A DNA stretch of 64,000 nt from an uncultured cyanobacterium. Its GTDB lineage: Bacteria; Cyanobacteriota; Cyanobacteriia; Cyanobacteriales; CAWUOF01. Shown here in pieces: positions 1 through 10,299 of the stretch. The stretch covers positions 4,608,001 to 4,672,000 of the forward strand of contig CAVUSO010000001.1 of the NCBI GenBank assembly GCA_963744145.1. The letters run 5' to 3'. The notes under the pieces were generated by a model. The model saw only the letters and a list, made by a program, of their open reading frames with translations, was not told the DNA's origin and did no database searches. Position 1 is the stretch's first letter; each line of letters begins with the position of its first letter. Position numbers and translations under genes: made by a program.

Positions 1-3000
1 AGAGAATTAGTCATCTGATGTTCTTCTTCTAAGCTGTTTGATGAAGATAAACGATGCTGTAAAATTAGTAAAGTGCTATCTAGTCCAACATGAATATCAA
101 CTCGTTTTCTGTCGCTTTCGTCGTGACGAGAAAAATTTCGCAAAGATAACACAATATCCCGAATCCGTTTAGCACCAATATTCATCGAATCTAAAAGTTT
201 GGGGAAATCTTTTTTAATAAAACTGAAATCGATCGCTTGGATCTCTGAGGGAATTTTATCATCAGAGTCAGGATAAGCTCCTTGATAAGCATTAACTAAT
301 CTGATTAAATCCTCCATATATTCATACGCATGAAGCACATTCCCATAAATAAAACTAATTGGGTTATTGATTTCATGAGCAATCCCTGCTACTAATTGAC
401 CTAATCCTGTCATTTTTTCGGTCTGAATTAAATGAGTTTGGGTTTGCTGTAATTCTTTTAGAGTAAGTTCTAATTTAGCAGCTTTTTCTTTTATCTGTGC
501 TGCTGATTCTTGTAAAAGGATATTTTTTTCCATCACTTCTTTAGTTCTTTCCTCTACCTTCGCTTCTAGGTTTTGATTATATTCTTCTAATTGGTGATTA
601 GCTAAAGATAAATTTTTATAGAGAAAAGCATTTTCTAAAGAAATAGCAGCTTGACCAGTAATCAATTTTAAAACCTCTTGTCTTTGGATGGTAAAAGCTG
701 ATGTAATTAGGTTATTTTCTAGATAAATTAAAGCTACTAAGCTACCTCGATTAAGAATCGGTATACACAGAACTGATTTAGGCTGATAATTAATTATATA
801 GTGATCATTTCTAAACAAATCCTCATCACTGGCATTATTTAATACCAAATCTTTTTGAGTTCTGGTGACATAATTAATGAGCGATAGGGGTAAATTTTCT
901 TCCTCGATTGAGGATAAATTTTCTTTCACGATGATTTTTTCAGGTTCCACTGAACCTAAAGCAGCTATCATTAGTTGATGATCTTTTACTAAAATCAAAG
1001 CACCGACTGTAGCACCAGCGTGTTCGATCGCAATTTTCATTAATTTTTCTAACAAACTGGTTAAAACTATTTCACTTGCTAAAGTTTGAGAAGCTTTCAT
1101 GATTGTAGCTAAATCAAAAATTGAAGAATTACTACTACTAGAGATTGATCCACTAGACTTGCGTGAGATAGTTTCTTCAATTTTAAGATTTTCCCCAGAT
1201 GACAGATTGGACAGGATTTGGGGATATCTGCACTCTAAATCTTTTACCTTGGTTTTAGCATCCCAACGTACATAACTATAATAGGCTGATTTTAGATAGG
1301 TTGCCCCAATTTCCGATTTTCCTGAAGCTAAATAAAATTCTGCGGCTATTTCGTATGCTAACGCTTCTTCTTGCAAATATTTATTATTTCTGGCACCGTT
1401 GATCGCGCGATCGTAATATTCCATTGCTTCCCAATTTTGCCCTTTTACCCTCAATATTTCTGCGCTGACTAATTCATATTTATGTTGATAATTGTTCGGG
1501 GCGCTTTCTGCCCAGGTTTTCAGAATTTTTTGATGAGCATCTACTCTAGTTAAATATTCATGTTGTTCATTTAGGTGACTGATTTGACCAAATTCAGCTA
1601 ACAGAGCTAAAGAATAATAAAAATTGTGAATCACTTGGGTTATATGTCCAGGAGCTGCTACTTTATATTGATCAGCAAGAGCAGCATTTTTAATTGCACC
1701 AGCAAAATCTTTAAATAAATAACATAGAATTGTTTTTGCTAGATAAAAGACAAACAGGGAAATTTGATTATTTGCCTTTTCTAAAATGGGCAACATTTCT
1801 GTTTCCTGAAAACTTGCACCATTCAAATTGAATTTATCAGTTACTTCTAAGAGCAAATTGTCAACTAATTGGTGCCAGATTTTAATATAATAGGTGCCAA
1901 ATCCTTGCTTGATTTTTATTAATAAATTTAGATACTGAGTCTGTTTATAGGCAATATTTTCTAAATCTTCTCCGACTAAAAATATGTGAGCGCAATAGTT
2001 TAAAGCACAGTAAGCAGCATATTCGACATCGCCGGTTTCTAGTCCAGATTGAACTCCTATTTGTAAAGCTTCTACTGTTTGTCTTGCATCTTCTTTCCAA
2101 TGTCGCACAGTCACATTAAAAAGAGTATAGACTTTAGCTGTAAGTTCCTTAGCATGAAATTTTTCTAGCAGTTTTAACCCGAGTTGACCCGCATGGTATC
2201 CTGTATCTAAATCTCCTAGCACTCCACAGAGAAGTAACCCATAAATACTATAAGCATAAGCTGCTAAACTACAATTACCATGTTCTAAGCAAAACTTAAT
2301 TTGGGTGAGGATAATTGGTAAAAAGATTTCCGGTTTAGCGATCGAAGCTGGACCAGAAATATTAATCAGAATTCTCAGTGCTGCAATTTGATTAGGATCG
2401 GTCATTTCTGGAGCATTTTCTAATTCCTCGAAAGCAGGTAGTTTGAGAATCGGATGCTCGGTCGCGATCGCTTCTAAATGAATTCCCAGCATTCCTAATA
2501 CTTCTATCCCTGTATCTATTGCTTTAGTTAGCTGGTTTTGAGCGATATAAGATTGAATTTTGATTTCATAGATTTTGACTTGATCAATTAAGGTAATTGC
2601 TCTTTGTAAAACCGCGATCGCAAGCTGTTCAGAGCGGTCAAAATTAGTATTTAAAAACTCGGCTTCTGCTGCTTCTGTATGAAGTTGCAAAGTCATGTTA
2701 TAGTCAATTTCCCAGCTTTGATCTGGTAGGAGTTCTAATCCTACCTGAAAATACTTAACTGCTGCATCATAAGCAGTTGCTGTTTTGGCTTTTTGACCTG
2801 CAATCAGATTCAAATTAGCCAATTCGTTTTTTTCCGACTGTTCCCTAATTAAATCTTTACCAAAATTGAGTTGATTGACTAGAGCAAAAATATTGTCCTT
2901 TTGACTACTAGGATTAATCTTCTTTAATAAGAGCTTACCAATTTGAAAATGGGTAGATTTTTTCTCAGATTCGGGAATTAAGGAATAAGCTGCTTGTTGG

Positions 3001-5111
3001 ACACGGTCATGTAAAAACTTATAGTCTACTTTCGTATCCTTCAAGCTAACTTCTTCTAGTTCTTCTCCTCCCAAAGTGAGGGGAATTTTGTAATTTTCAT
3101 TTAAGGGCAAAATTAATCCTAATTGGAGAGCGGACCAGAGATGTTCGCTGGTAATTAAGTTCGATTCTTGATTAACTATTGCTAAAATATCTAAGTTAAA
3201 TGTATTGCCAATACAAGCAGCTAGCTGTAATACTTTTTGGGTAGCGATTGCCAGCTTTTGAATATTTCTGGCTAATAATTCTACCACACTATAATCGGTG
3301 ATTCCTACAGTTTGAATTTCTTTAATGTCCCATTTCCAAGTATAATCATTTAGGTCATAACTTAACAAATTTTCTGTATATAAAGTCCGGAGTAACTGAG
3401 TTAAAAAAAACGGATTTCCTTGGGTTTTATTAAACAGTAATTCCCCGAGGGATTGCAGGTTTTTGGTTGGGAGTGATGCGGTTAAAGTTTCGGCTATTAA
3501 GGTAGTAACATGGGTGAGTTGTAAAGGTTTAATAGTGATATAATTAACGGGAGTACCTGTAGTCTGAATTTTTTCTAAAGTTTGGATTAAAGGATGGGTA
3601 TGATCTACTTCATTATCCCGATAAGCTCCAATCATTAGAAAATATTTATGGTCAGATTCACTCATCAAAATTTGAATTAATTTCAGAGAAGCAGAATCAG
3701 CCCACTGTAGATCATCGAGGAACAATACTAACGGATGTTGTGGTTGACAAAACACTCGAAAAAATTGTTGAAATACCCGATTAAAACGGTTTAGTGATTC
3801 GGTTGGACCTAATTCAGCGACAGGGAGTTGAGTACCAATAATCAGTTCAACTTCGGGAATAACATTAGTAATTACTGCACCATTCTCATCAAGAGCTTTT
3901 AACAAATTCTCTTTCCAAATCTCAATTTGTGCGGCACTTTCTGTTAAGATTTGCTGGATTAATAGTTGAATTGCTTGAATTAAGGAAGCGTAGGGAATAT
4001 TCCGTTTAAACTGGTCAAATTTTCCGGCGATAAAGTATCCTCTTGCGGCTACAATTGGTTTATGTACTTCATTGACGATCGCGGTTTTCCCAATCCCAGA
4101 ATAACCACTTACTAACACCATTTCCGCTCTACCAATCTCTGGGGATTCTGACTCGAATGTAGCGATTCGCTCAAAAGCTGACATTAAGCTAGCTACTTCT
4201 TCTTCCCGACCATACAGCTTTTGGGGAATAATTAATTGGGGACATATATCTTTAGTACCTAAACTAAAGGGTAAAATTGTCCCAGTTGTTTCTAATTGAG
4301 TTAAACAAGTTTCTAAGTCAGCTTTTATGCCGATCGCACTTTGATATCTTTGTTCAGCAGTTTTCGCTAATAGTTTCATTGTGATTTCAGATATAACTTT
4401 GGGAATATCTGGATTTAAAACCACTGGTGCTAGGGGATATTTGGCAATATGACAATAGACTAATTCCATTGCATCACTGGTGGAAAAAGGTAATACCCCT
4501 GTGAGCATTTCATAAAAAGTTACCCCGAGGGAATAAAAATCACTGCGATAATCAATTGAGCGATTCATTCTCCCTGTTTGCTCTGGGGAAATATAGGGTA
4601 ATGTTCCTTCTAAACAATGGGGATCACTAACTCTCTGGAATTCCTTTGATAAACGTGATGAAATACTAAAATCTGTGATTTTTATTTGTCCTGTAGCCTG
4701 ATTGATAATAATATTTCTCGGTTTAATATCTTTATGAATAATGGGGATTTGGTGAATTTCTCCTAAGGTTGTTACTAACTCGATCGCAATTTTCAAAAAA
4801 CTGTCTATATCATTTTTCAAACTGGGAATGAAATGGTCTAAGGATTGACCCCCAGAATCTTCCATGATTAAAGCAAAGCTATGGTTATATCTTTCCAATC
4901 CCATACATTTAACTATGCCTGGGAAATTTAAGTCTTTAGTAATTTCATATTGATGTTTTAAATTGGCAATATCAATGGGACGGGGAAAATCAGCTTTCAG
5001 TACCTTGATAATCACGGATTGTTGATTGGCAATCTTTTGACCTCGGTAAATAATAGTTTTTTGTCCTTCATTAATTTTTGTTAATTCTGTATATCCTGGT
5101 AAATTAATCAT
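1..5111 (-). CDS. Ser/Thr kinase-AAA ATPase-GAF-histidine kinase hybrid sensor (3' end outside window)
   Basis: Not in the ORF track because it runs off the edge. ATG at 5111 reads MINLPGYTELTKINEGQKT. Motifs read by hand: HKDIKPRN, EGTLPYISPEQTGRMNR, Walker A GYSGIGKT, FLDDLQWAD, and the HisKA motif QTEKMTGLGQLVAGIAHEINNP near 300-430. Confidence 0.9.
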   Translation of the reverse strand, partial: MINLPGYTELTKINEGQKTIIYRGQKIANQQSVIIKVLKADFPRPIDIANLKHQYEITKDLNFPGIVKCMGLERYNHSFALIMEDSGGQSLDHFIPSLKNDIDSFLKIAIELVTTLGEIHQIPIIHKDIKPRNIIINQATGQIKITDFSISSRLSKEFQRVSDPHCLEGTLPYISPEQTGRMNRSIDYRSDFYSLGVTFYEMLTGVLPFSTSDAMELVYCHIAKYPLAPVVLNPDIPKVISEITMKLLAKTAEQRYQSAIGIKADLETCLTQLETTGTILPFSLGTKDICPQLIIPQKLYGREEEVASLMSAFERIATFESESPEIGRAEMVLVSGYSGIGKTAIVNEVHKPIVAARGYFIAGKFDQFKRNIPYASLIQAIQLLIQQILTESAAQIEIWKENLLKALDENGAVITNVIPEVELIIGTQLPVAELGPTESLNRFNRVFQQFFRVFCQPQHPLVLFLDDLQWADSASLKLIQILMSESDHKYFLMIGAYRDNEVDHTHPLIQTLEKIQTTGTPVNYITIKPLQLTHVTTLIAETLTASLPTKNLQSLGELLFNKTQGNPFFLTQLLRTLYTENLLSYDLNDYTWKWDIKEIQTVGITDYSVVELLARNIQKLAIATQKVLQLAACIGNTFNLDILAIVNQESNLITSEHLWSALQLGLILPLNENYKIPLTLGGEELEEVSLKDTKVDYKFLHDRVQQAAYSLIPESEKKSTHFQIGKLLLKKINPSSQKDNIFALVNQLNFGKDLIREQSEKNELANLNLIAGQKAKTATAYDAAVKYFQVGLELLPDQSWEIDYNMTLQLHTEAAEAEFLNTNFDRSEQLAIAVLQRAITLIDQVKIYEIKIQSYIAQNQLTKAIDTGIEVLGMLGIHLEAIATEHPILKLPAFEELENAPEMTDPNQIAALRILINISGPASIAKPEIFLPIILTQIKFCLEHGNCSLAAYAYSIYGLLLCGVLGDLDTGYHAGQLGLKLLEKFHAKELTAKVYTLFNVTVRHWKEDARQTVEALQIGVQSGLETGDVEYAAYCALNYCAHIFLVGEDLENIAYKQTQYLNLLIKIKQGFGTYYIKIWHQLVDNLLLEVTDKFNLNGASFQETEMLPILEKANNQISLFVFYLAKTILCYLFKDFAGAIKNAALADQYKVAAPGHITQVIHNFYYSLALLAEFGQISHLNEQHEYLTRVDAHQKILKTWAESAPNNYQHKYELVSAEILRVKGQNWEAMEYYDRAINGARNNKYLQEEALAYEIAAEFYLASGKSEIGATYLKSAYYSYVRWDAKTKVKDLECRYPQILSNLSSGENLKIEETISRKSSGSISSSSNSSIFDLATIMKASQTLASEIVLTSLLEKLMKIAIEHAGATVGALILVKDHQLMIAALGSVEPEKIIVKENLSSIEEENLPLSLINYVTRTQKDLVLNNASDEDLFRNDHYIINYQPKSVLCIPILNRGSLVALIYLENNLITSAFTIQRQEVLKLITGQAAISLENAFLYKNLSLANHQLEEYNQNLEAKVEERTKEVMEKNILLQESAAQIKEKAAKLELTLKELQQTQTHLIQTEKMTGLGQLVAGIAHEINNPISFIYGNVLHAYEYMEDLIRLVNAYQGAYPDSDDKIPSEIQAIDFSFIKKDFPKLLDSMNIGAKRIRDIVLSLRNFSRHDESDRKRVDIHVGLDSTLLILQHRLSSSNSLEEEHQMTNS

Positions 5112-5196
5112 TTTTTTCTTGATTGATTCTAAAATTTGACCAAAATTGCTAGTATTTTTAGGTAGGAGAATCATCAACTTTCCCCTACCTCAATCC

Positions 5197-7524
5197 TTAT
5201 AACCAAGCGTCCCATTCACCGATAATCTTTTTATTATACTGAAGGGCAAAAACACCTGTTAAAATCGCACGAGCTGCTTGCATAGCTGACATTACTGTAG
5301 CTTCCACACAGCCAGAGTTATAACCGTTATTAATCCAATCACCGACTAAATAAAGATGATTGAAACCAGATTCATCAGTTTTTAAACGGTATTTACTACT
5401 CCCTGGAACCGAAAGGACATAACGCTCTGATGGATCAATATTAACACGCCAATATTGAGAATTAAATCTTTTCTGTCCTATTTGATTGTCTAAATCAACT
5501 AACAAGTTCCAATTCAGTCCTTGGGGATTGTCTGGTCGAGTAGCTTCGGGCCACAAATTCCCAATTTGGTTTTCTAAGAAGTTGATTGCTTGTTGTTCAA
5601 TTTTTTGCTGCTCTCGGTGAGGAAAATCGCGATCGCTACTCGGTGGAATGCCTGGATCAGCAATTACACCAGTAAAATAGGCGATACTATAGGGAGAATG
5701 TTCGGAAGGCCAATTTTCCGCTTGAATGAGATCGCTCAGATCAGCGTAGGTATCTAATGGTTCCACATAGGAACCTACAACCGGACTAGACAAGTTCCAT
5801 CCTAGTTGCTGTAATTTCGGTTTTAGCCACAATTGTCCCCCTTGGGTGGTAACTGTGGCAATTTGGTCTACCATATTTGCCCATTTTTGATGAGCTGGAT
5901 TTTTTTCAGCCTGAATCAATTCCTCACATATAAATGGTAAAGCTGCTAAAGAAATCCCTAAGATGACTAAATCAAAGTCTTTTCCCTGGGTTAAATTAAT
6001 TGGTGTTTCTTGATCTTGCCAAGGAGTCCAAAAAGATTCTAAATTAATCTTCTCTTGTTGAAGTTGATCTGCTTCCACAATTTGGTCATAGAGAGGTTCA
6101 CTGGGCCAGCAAAGTAAATCTTTTACTCTGATCAGAGGTTGATATTCTAAATCAGGATTTTTCAGATGTACCTGACGTCCAATGGAAATACTGGTAATCG
6201 ATCGCTGGGATTCATCAAGATGTAGGTGTTTGACACGATGGAAAAATTCAAATTTAACCCCTCGACGTTTCAACACTTGATAAAGAGGTGTAAAAATAGT
6301 ATCTCCCATGCCAGCCTGCATTTTCCACATGATCGCACCATGATACTGGAAGATAATAGTAAAAAAAATGCGAAGAGCAGTACCTGCGGCTAATCTAGGC
6401 TGTTGAATATTCCCCTTGGGAAAGGCATAAACTAGATCGTATAAAACCCGAATAAAAGCAGAATTTACGCTACTTTTCTTAGCGCCATGATGAAGTAACC
6501 ACTCTTTATAATCGTATTCATCTAATTCCGCTAGGGAACGACCATAAATTATTTCATCGACGATCAACCCACGAATATTAGCAAGTCCTAAATCTAACAA
6601 GGTTAAAATCCTGACCACATCCTCATTTTGGGTTAACTCTGATCGGAGTGCCTCGTTTAACCGATCCATAAATAGTTGTAGCAAATGCAGGATCAGGTGA
6701 TGGTGTTCTCTTCGATGAAAACGGGGATGATTTGGTAGAGATTTAGCGATTTGATAAGCCAGAGTAAGTAAAGTTGATTCAGCCGATAAATTAATGGTTT
6801 CTAAAATGGTTATTATTTGTTTAGTCGAGTCTTCTAGCCATTTTAACCAGCGGATTGGTTCCTGAATTAATAATTGAATTAGCTGTTGGGGAAAATGAAG
6901 TAATGTTGCGGCTGAGATCAATCTAAAAATATCCCAACTCATGTTCATTTGTTTAACTAAAAGTTCTAGCCATTCTGGATAACTGGATCTAGATGATCGA
7001 TGACTAGATAACTTGGCTTTTAAATATTCAGAACTTTCAAAAACCTCAGCCATTAATTTGATAATTGTGCTTATATGTTCCCATAATGCAAACTTACCTC
7101 CCCCTTCCCAAGGTAATAATTTATTAGTCGGAAAATCAAATGGCCATGAAACCCATTTACCATTAAGGTATTCTTGTAAAACAACTAAGCTATGGGGTTT
7201 AAAAGCATCTTCGATCGTCGCAAATGGACCGTCTTCTCCTAACTCTTCATAACACTGTTTCATCATTTTAAAAGCATTCTCATAAAAGCCGAAGAAAATA
7301 TGCAATCCATGTTCCTCAATCCGATAAGTTGGTTCGTGGTAAGGTTGATGTTCCTTGATATCTCTACCAGAAGCTCCTTTACCACCTAAACGCCAACCTT
7401 GTTGATATACAGTAATATCATACATGGCATTCCATCCAGGTTGATTAGTCAGTTCAAAAACTGTAGTTAAGGATGCTAATCCCCCTCCTAAAACAGCAAT
7501 TTTTTTCAGTTCAGGTGTTTCCAT
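5197..7524 (-). CDS. FAD/NAD(P)-binding oxidoreductase (amine oxidase / desaturase-like fold), function unknown
   Basis: N-terminal dinucleotide-binding IAVLGGGLA, RLGGK, EHGLHIFFGFY; C-terminal LYLVGDW...GCVEATVMS. Confidence 0.8.
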   Translation of the reverse strand: METPELKKIAVLGGGLASLTTVFELTNQPGWNAMYDITVYQQGWRLGGKGASGRDIKEHQPYHEPTYRIEEHGLHIFFGFYENAFKMMKQCYEELGEDGPFATIEDAFKPHSLVVLQEYLNGKWVSWPFDFPTNKLLPWEGGGKFALWEHISTIIKLMAEVFESSEYLKAKLSSHRSSRSSYPEWLELLVKQMNMSWDIFRLISAATLLHFPQQLIQLLIQEPIRWLKWLEDSTKQIITILETINLSAESTLLTLAYQIAKSLPNHPRFHRREHHHLILHLLQLFMDRLNEALRSELTQNEDVVRILTLLDLGLANIRGLIVDEIIYGRSLAELDEYDYKEWLLHHGAKKSSVNSAFIRVLYDLVYAFPKGNIQQPRLAAGTALRIFFTIIFQYHGAIMWKMQAGMGDTIFTPLYQVLKRRGVKFEFFHRVKHLHLDESQRSITSISIGRQVHLKNPDLEYQPLIRVKDLLCWPSEPLYDQIVEADQLQQEKINLESFWTPWQDQETPINLTQGKDFDLVILGISLAALPFICEELIQAEKNPAHQKWANMVDQIATVTTQGGQLWLKPKLQQLGWNLSSPVVGSYVEPLDTYADLSDLIQAENWPSEHSPYSIAYFTGVIADPGIPPSSDRDFPHREQQKIEQQAINFLENQIGNLWPEATRPDNPQGLNWNLLVDLDNQIGQKRFNSQYWRVNIDPSERYVLSVPGSSKYRLKTDESGFNHLYLVGDWINNGYNSGCVEATVMSAMQAARAILTGVFALQYNKKIIGEWDAWL

Positions 7525-7577
7525 AATTTTTGAGGTGGTAAATTAATGAATTGTCTGTATATTAGGCAGAGGTTACT

Positions 7578-8822
7578 TTAAGAACCTGCTTTCCAGATTG
7601 TTTTAGCATTTTCGACAGTGAAATCAAAATTTAGCCAGAACGCTAATTTTACATCAATATTAGCTAATTCTTTTGACTGGGAACTATTTTTAAATAGCCC
7701 TAAATCCTGCACAATGGGATGACTAGCAAAATTATAGATAGTTACCTGAAATTGAGTGCCAACATCACCAAAACTCAATAATTTTCCTCCATAAAAATTG
7801 GCTACTTTCATCGGGATTTCTACGATCGATTGATAACAAGCTTTTTTGCCATTTTCTGCATCTCGAAATTGTTTCAGCATGACTACCGGAACTTCCCAAT
7901 TAAGGAGATATTCCAAGATATTCAATGGTAACCCTAACCCAGGTATTTCAATTACTCCATTGCAATCAAATAATAGTTTGGCAATTTCTTGCACTGATTC
8001 CGAATAGTTAGTCCAAATTTTCTCGGGCTGATTTTCTTTAGGTAATGAGGTTTGAGATACTCTAATTAATTCCGTCCATTGAGCAGCAGTATCAGGTGTT
8101 AAATTTTTCCATGTATAAGTCTGTAAAATAAAAGGATCTTGTAAGTTATGCAAATCGGGAATTTTAAAAGTTCCTATTTCTTTAGGGATACCATAAACTT
8201 CTCTTCCAGAAACTAACGCTGGGGAGTTGTTTACACATATATAAGGAACAAACCAAGCAAATCGATCTATTTTAAAAATTGGTCCACATTTTTTCCCTAC
8301 CATAGTCAAAACCCAGATTACGACTTCTTCTTCGTCAATGTAACCTTGATTATGTTCTGGATTACTTCTAGAACATAGGGATTCTATAGTACCAAAGGTG
8401 AGAATTACATAATTGGTCACCGGACGATATTCAATTTCCCCATCACTTAAATTTAGATATTTGTCACATAATTCCTGGAGTTTATGTAAAGAACTTTCCA
8501 GAATAAATCCATTCAGTTTTGTCCCTTTAATATCAAAGGGTTGCAGAAAACACTGTTCACCCCCATGCTCAATATATTTAGGAGTTTTTTCTGTACTAGA
8601 GTTACCACAGAAAAATGCTTTGGCTAAATTATTGGCTTCTTTTTCAATATTTTCACCTCTAGTAGTCAGTTTGTTTAGCAATTCATTTGATTCCAGTGGT
8701 GATTTTTCTATGATCTCTAACAGCTTGTGGGGATTGGATAGTATTTCTACCCAAGTGCTAGTTGCTCCGAGTGCTAACCGAAAACCTGTTTGCAGAAATT
8801 CAGCAGGATTATTCTTGTTCAT
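7578..8822 (-). CDS. Acetoacetate decarboxylase-like fold protein with short N-terminal helical extension
   Basis: PYICVNNSPALVSGREVYGIPKEIG resembles the ADC-family GRExxGxPK motif; 53 bp upstream of the oxidoreductase on the same strand. Confidence 0.65.
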   Translation of the reverse strand: MNKNNPAEFLQTGFRLALGATSTWVEILSNPHKLLEIIEKSPLESNELLNKLTTRGENIEKEANNLAKAFFCGNSSTEKTPKYIEHGGEQCFLQPFDIKGTKLNGFILESSLHKLQELCDKYLNLSDGEIEYRPVTNYVILTFGTIESLCSRSNPEHNQGYIDEEEVVIWVLTMVGKKCGPIFKIDRFAWFVPYICVNNSPALVSGREVYGIPKEIGTFKIPDLHNLQDPFILQTYTWKNLTPDTAAQWTELIRVSQTSLPKENQPEKIWTNYSESVQEIAKLLFDCNGVIEIPGLGLPLNILEYLLNWEVPVVMLKQFRDAENGKKACYQSIVEIPMKVANFYGGKLLSFGDVGTQFQVTIYNFASHPIVQDLGLFKNSSQSKELANIDVKLAFWLNFDFTVENAKTIWKAGS

Positions 8823-9046
8823 GAGATGTCCCTAATAATTAAATGGAATTTGGGGCAAATCCAGTATATATACTTAGATTTTGATCCAGCCAAAATCAGC
8901 TAAGTATTTAATTTCGATTCTAATGAAATGATCTGAAAAAAACAAGCTTTTATTAAAAATTAATTTTTGCTCAAATCTGATCTTGGAGCTTGTCCTGCTC
9001 CTGTTGCTTGGTCAAACTTGACAACATGATGCCCGATTAACTATGA

Positions 9047-10225
9047 TTAATATTGTTCCATAAATGTGCGAAATCTCTCAGTTTTCCGAATTGAAGCAAA
9101 GTTGGGATCGTTTTTGACAGTTTCTTGGTATTGCTGATCTAGGTAAATAGCTTGTTGGAGATTTTTAATGGTTAATTCTACCTGATTTTGAGCGGCATAG
9201 CAGAAAGCTTTGTTATAATAAGTATTGGCATAATCTGGTTGAATTTCTAACGCATGGTTCAGACTGGTGGTTGCTTGACTATAAAGACCTAATTTAACCA
9301 GAATATAACCACGATCATCCCAAGCTTGATGATAATCTGATTTAATCTCGATCGCCCGATCATAAGAGTCGATCGCTTGATTATATTGGTGTAAATTTTT
9401 TAACGCATTACCTCGATAATACCAAATTTCATAATGTTCCGGCTCAATTTCTAATCCTTTTTCATAAGCATCGATCGCTTCATGATAACGGTTCAAAGAA
9501 ACTAGGGAGTTTCCGGTTTTGATGTATCTAGTGATTTCTGATTCTGGTTGTTCTTGCTCTGGTTCTAAATCTTCTAAATCCGTCTTAGTGATATTGTTGC
9601 TAGAATTATTTGGGGTCGGAGTAGATAAAATTACATGACTAAATGTAGCTAAATGTTGAGCGGTGAGCTGTTCTAGCTCTTGTAAAGCAATCATCATCTT
9701 TTGGTGACTCATTTTGTCTAAAACATTCTGGGAATCTAAGACCAGATTCCGGAGATAAGATTCGGTTTCGGTTTTAATATTTTTGATCTCGTTGTGGATA
9801 GTTTCTATTTGATTTTTTAATTCCTGAGCAGTTTCTTGTTGAAGTTTTGGTCTGATTTCTTCAAGTAATATTTGTTGAGATTGGGTAGCGACTTGATTAA
9901 ATATACTGCGACGTGACAACCAAATCCCCAACGCGATCGCAAGGGGAAACAGAGTTAAAATCACTAACAAAACATTAAGGATCGTGGTTGTCCGAGCAAA
10001 AGCACGATCAACTTCCGTACTAATGCGATCGCGCATTTCATCAGTTAAACGACGATGTTCTAGTTCTTCCCGTTCCTGATTACTAATGATTGGACTAGAC
10101 TGGGGAGATGGTTCGGTTGTAGGTTGGGCACTAACAGCAGTCCCTAATAGTAGTAAACTTAAGCAGACTATGGTAAAATGTCTTTTTCTGTAAGCAGTCT
10201 GATCTGACATCTGGGTTCTCAGCAA
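9047..10225 (-). CDS. Membrane-anchored coiled-coil / TPR repeat protein
   Basis: Signal-like hydrophobic N-terminus, one TM, coiled coil, about 4 C-terminal TPRs (e.g. WYYRGNALKNLHQYNQAIDSYDRAIEIKSD). The true start may be the ATG at 10210. Confidence 0.8.
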   Translation of the reverse strand: MLRTQMSDQTAYRKRHFTIVCLSLLLLGTAVSAQPTTEPSPQSSPIISNQEREELEHRRLTDEMRDRISTEVDRAFARTTTILNVLLVILTLFPLAIALGIWLSRRSIFNQVATQSQQILLEEIRPKLQQETAQELKNQIETIHNEIKNIKTETESYLRNLVLDSQNVLDKMSHQKMMIALQELEQLTAQHLATFSHVILSTPTPNNSSNNITKTDLEDLEPEQEQPESEITRYIKTGNSLVSLNRYHEAIDAYEKGLEIEPEHYEIWYYRGNALKNLHQYNQAIDSYDRAIEIKSDYHQAWDDRGYILVKLGLYSQATTSLNHALEIQPDYANTYYNKAFCYAAQNQVELTIKNLQQAIYLDQQYQETVKNDPNFASIRKTERFRTFMEQY

Positions 10226-10299
10226 TTAGCTCGGTTTTGATCTGGTTGTATTTTACGCGATCGCTACTTTTTTGATTTTAATATAGTCAGGATAATAAC

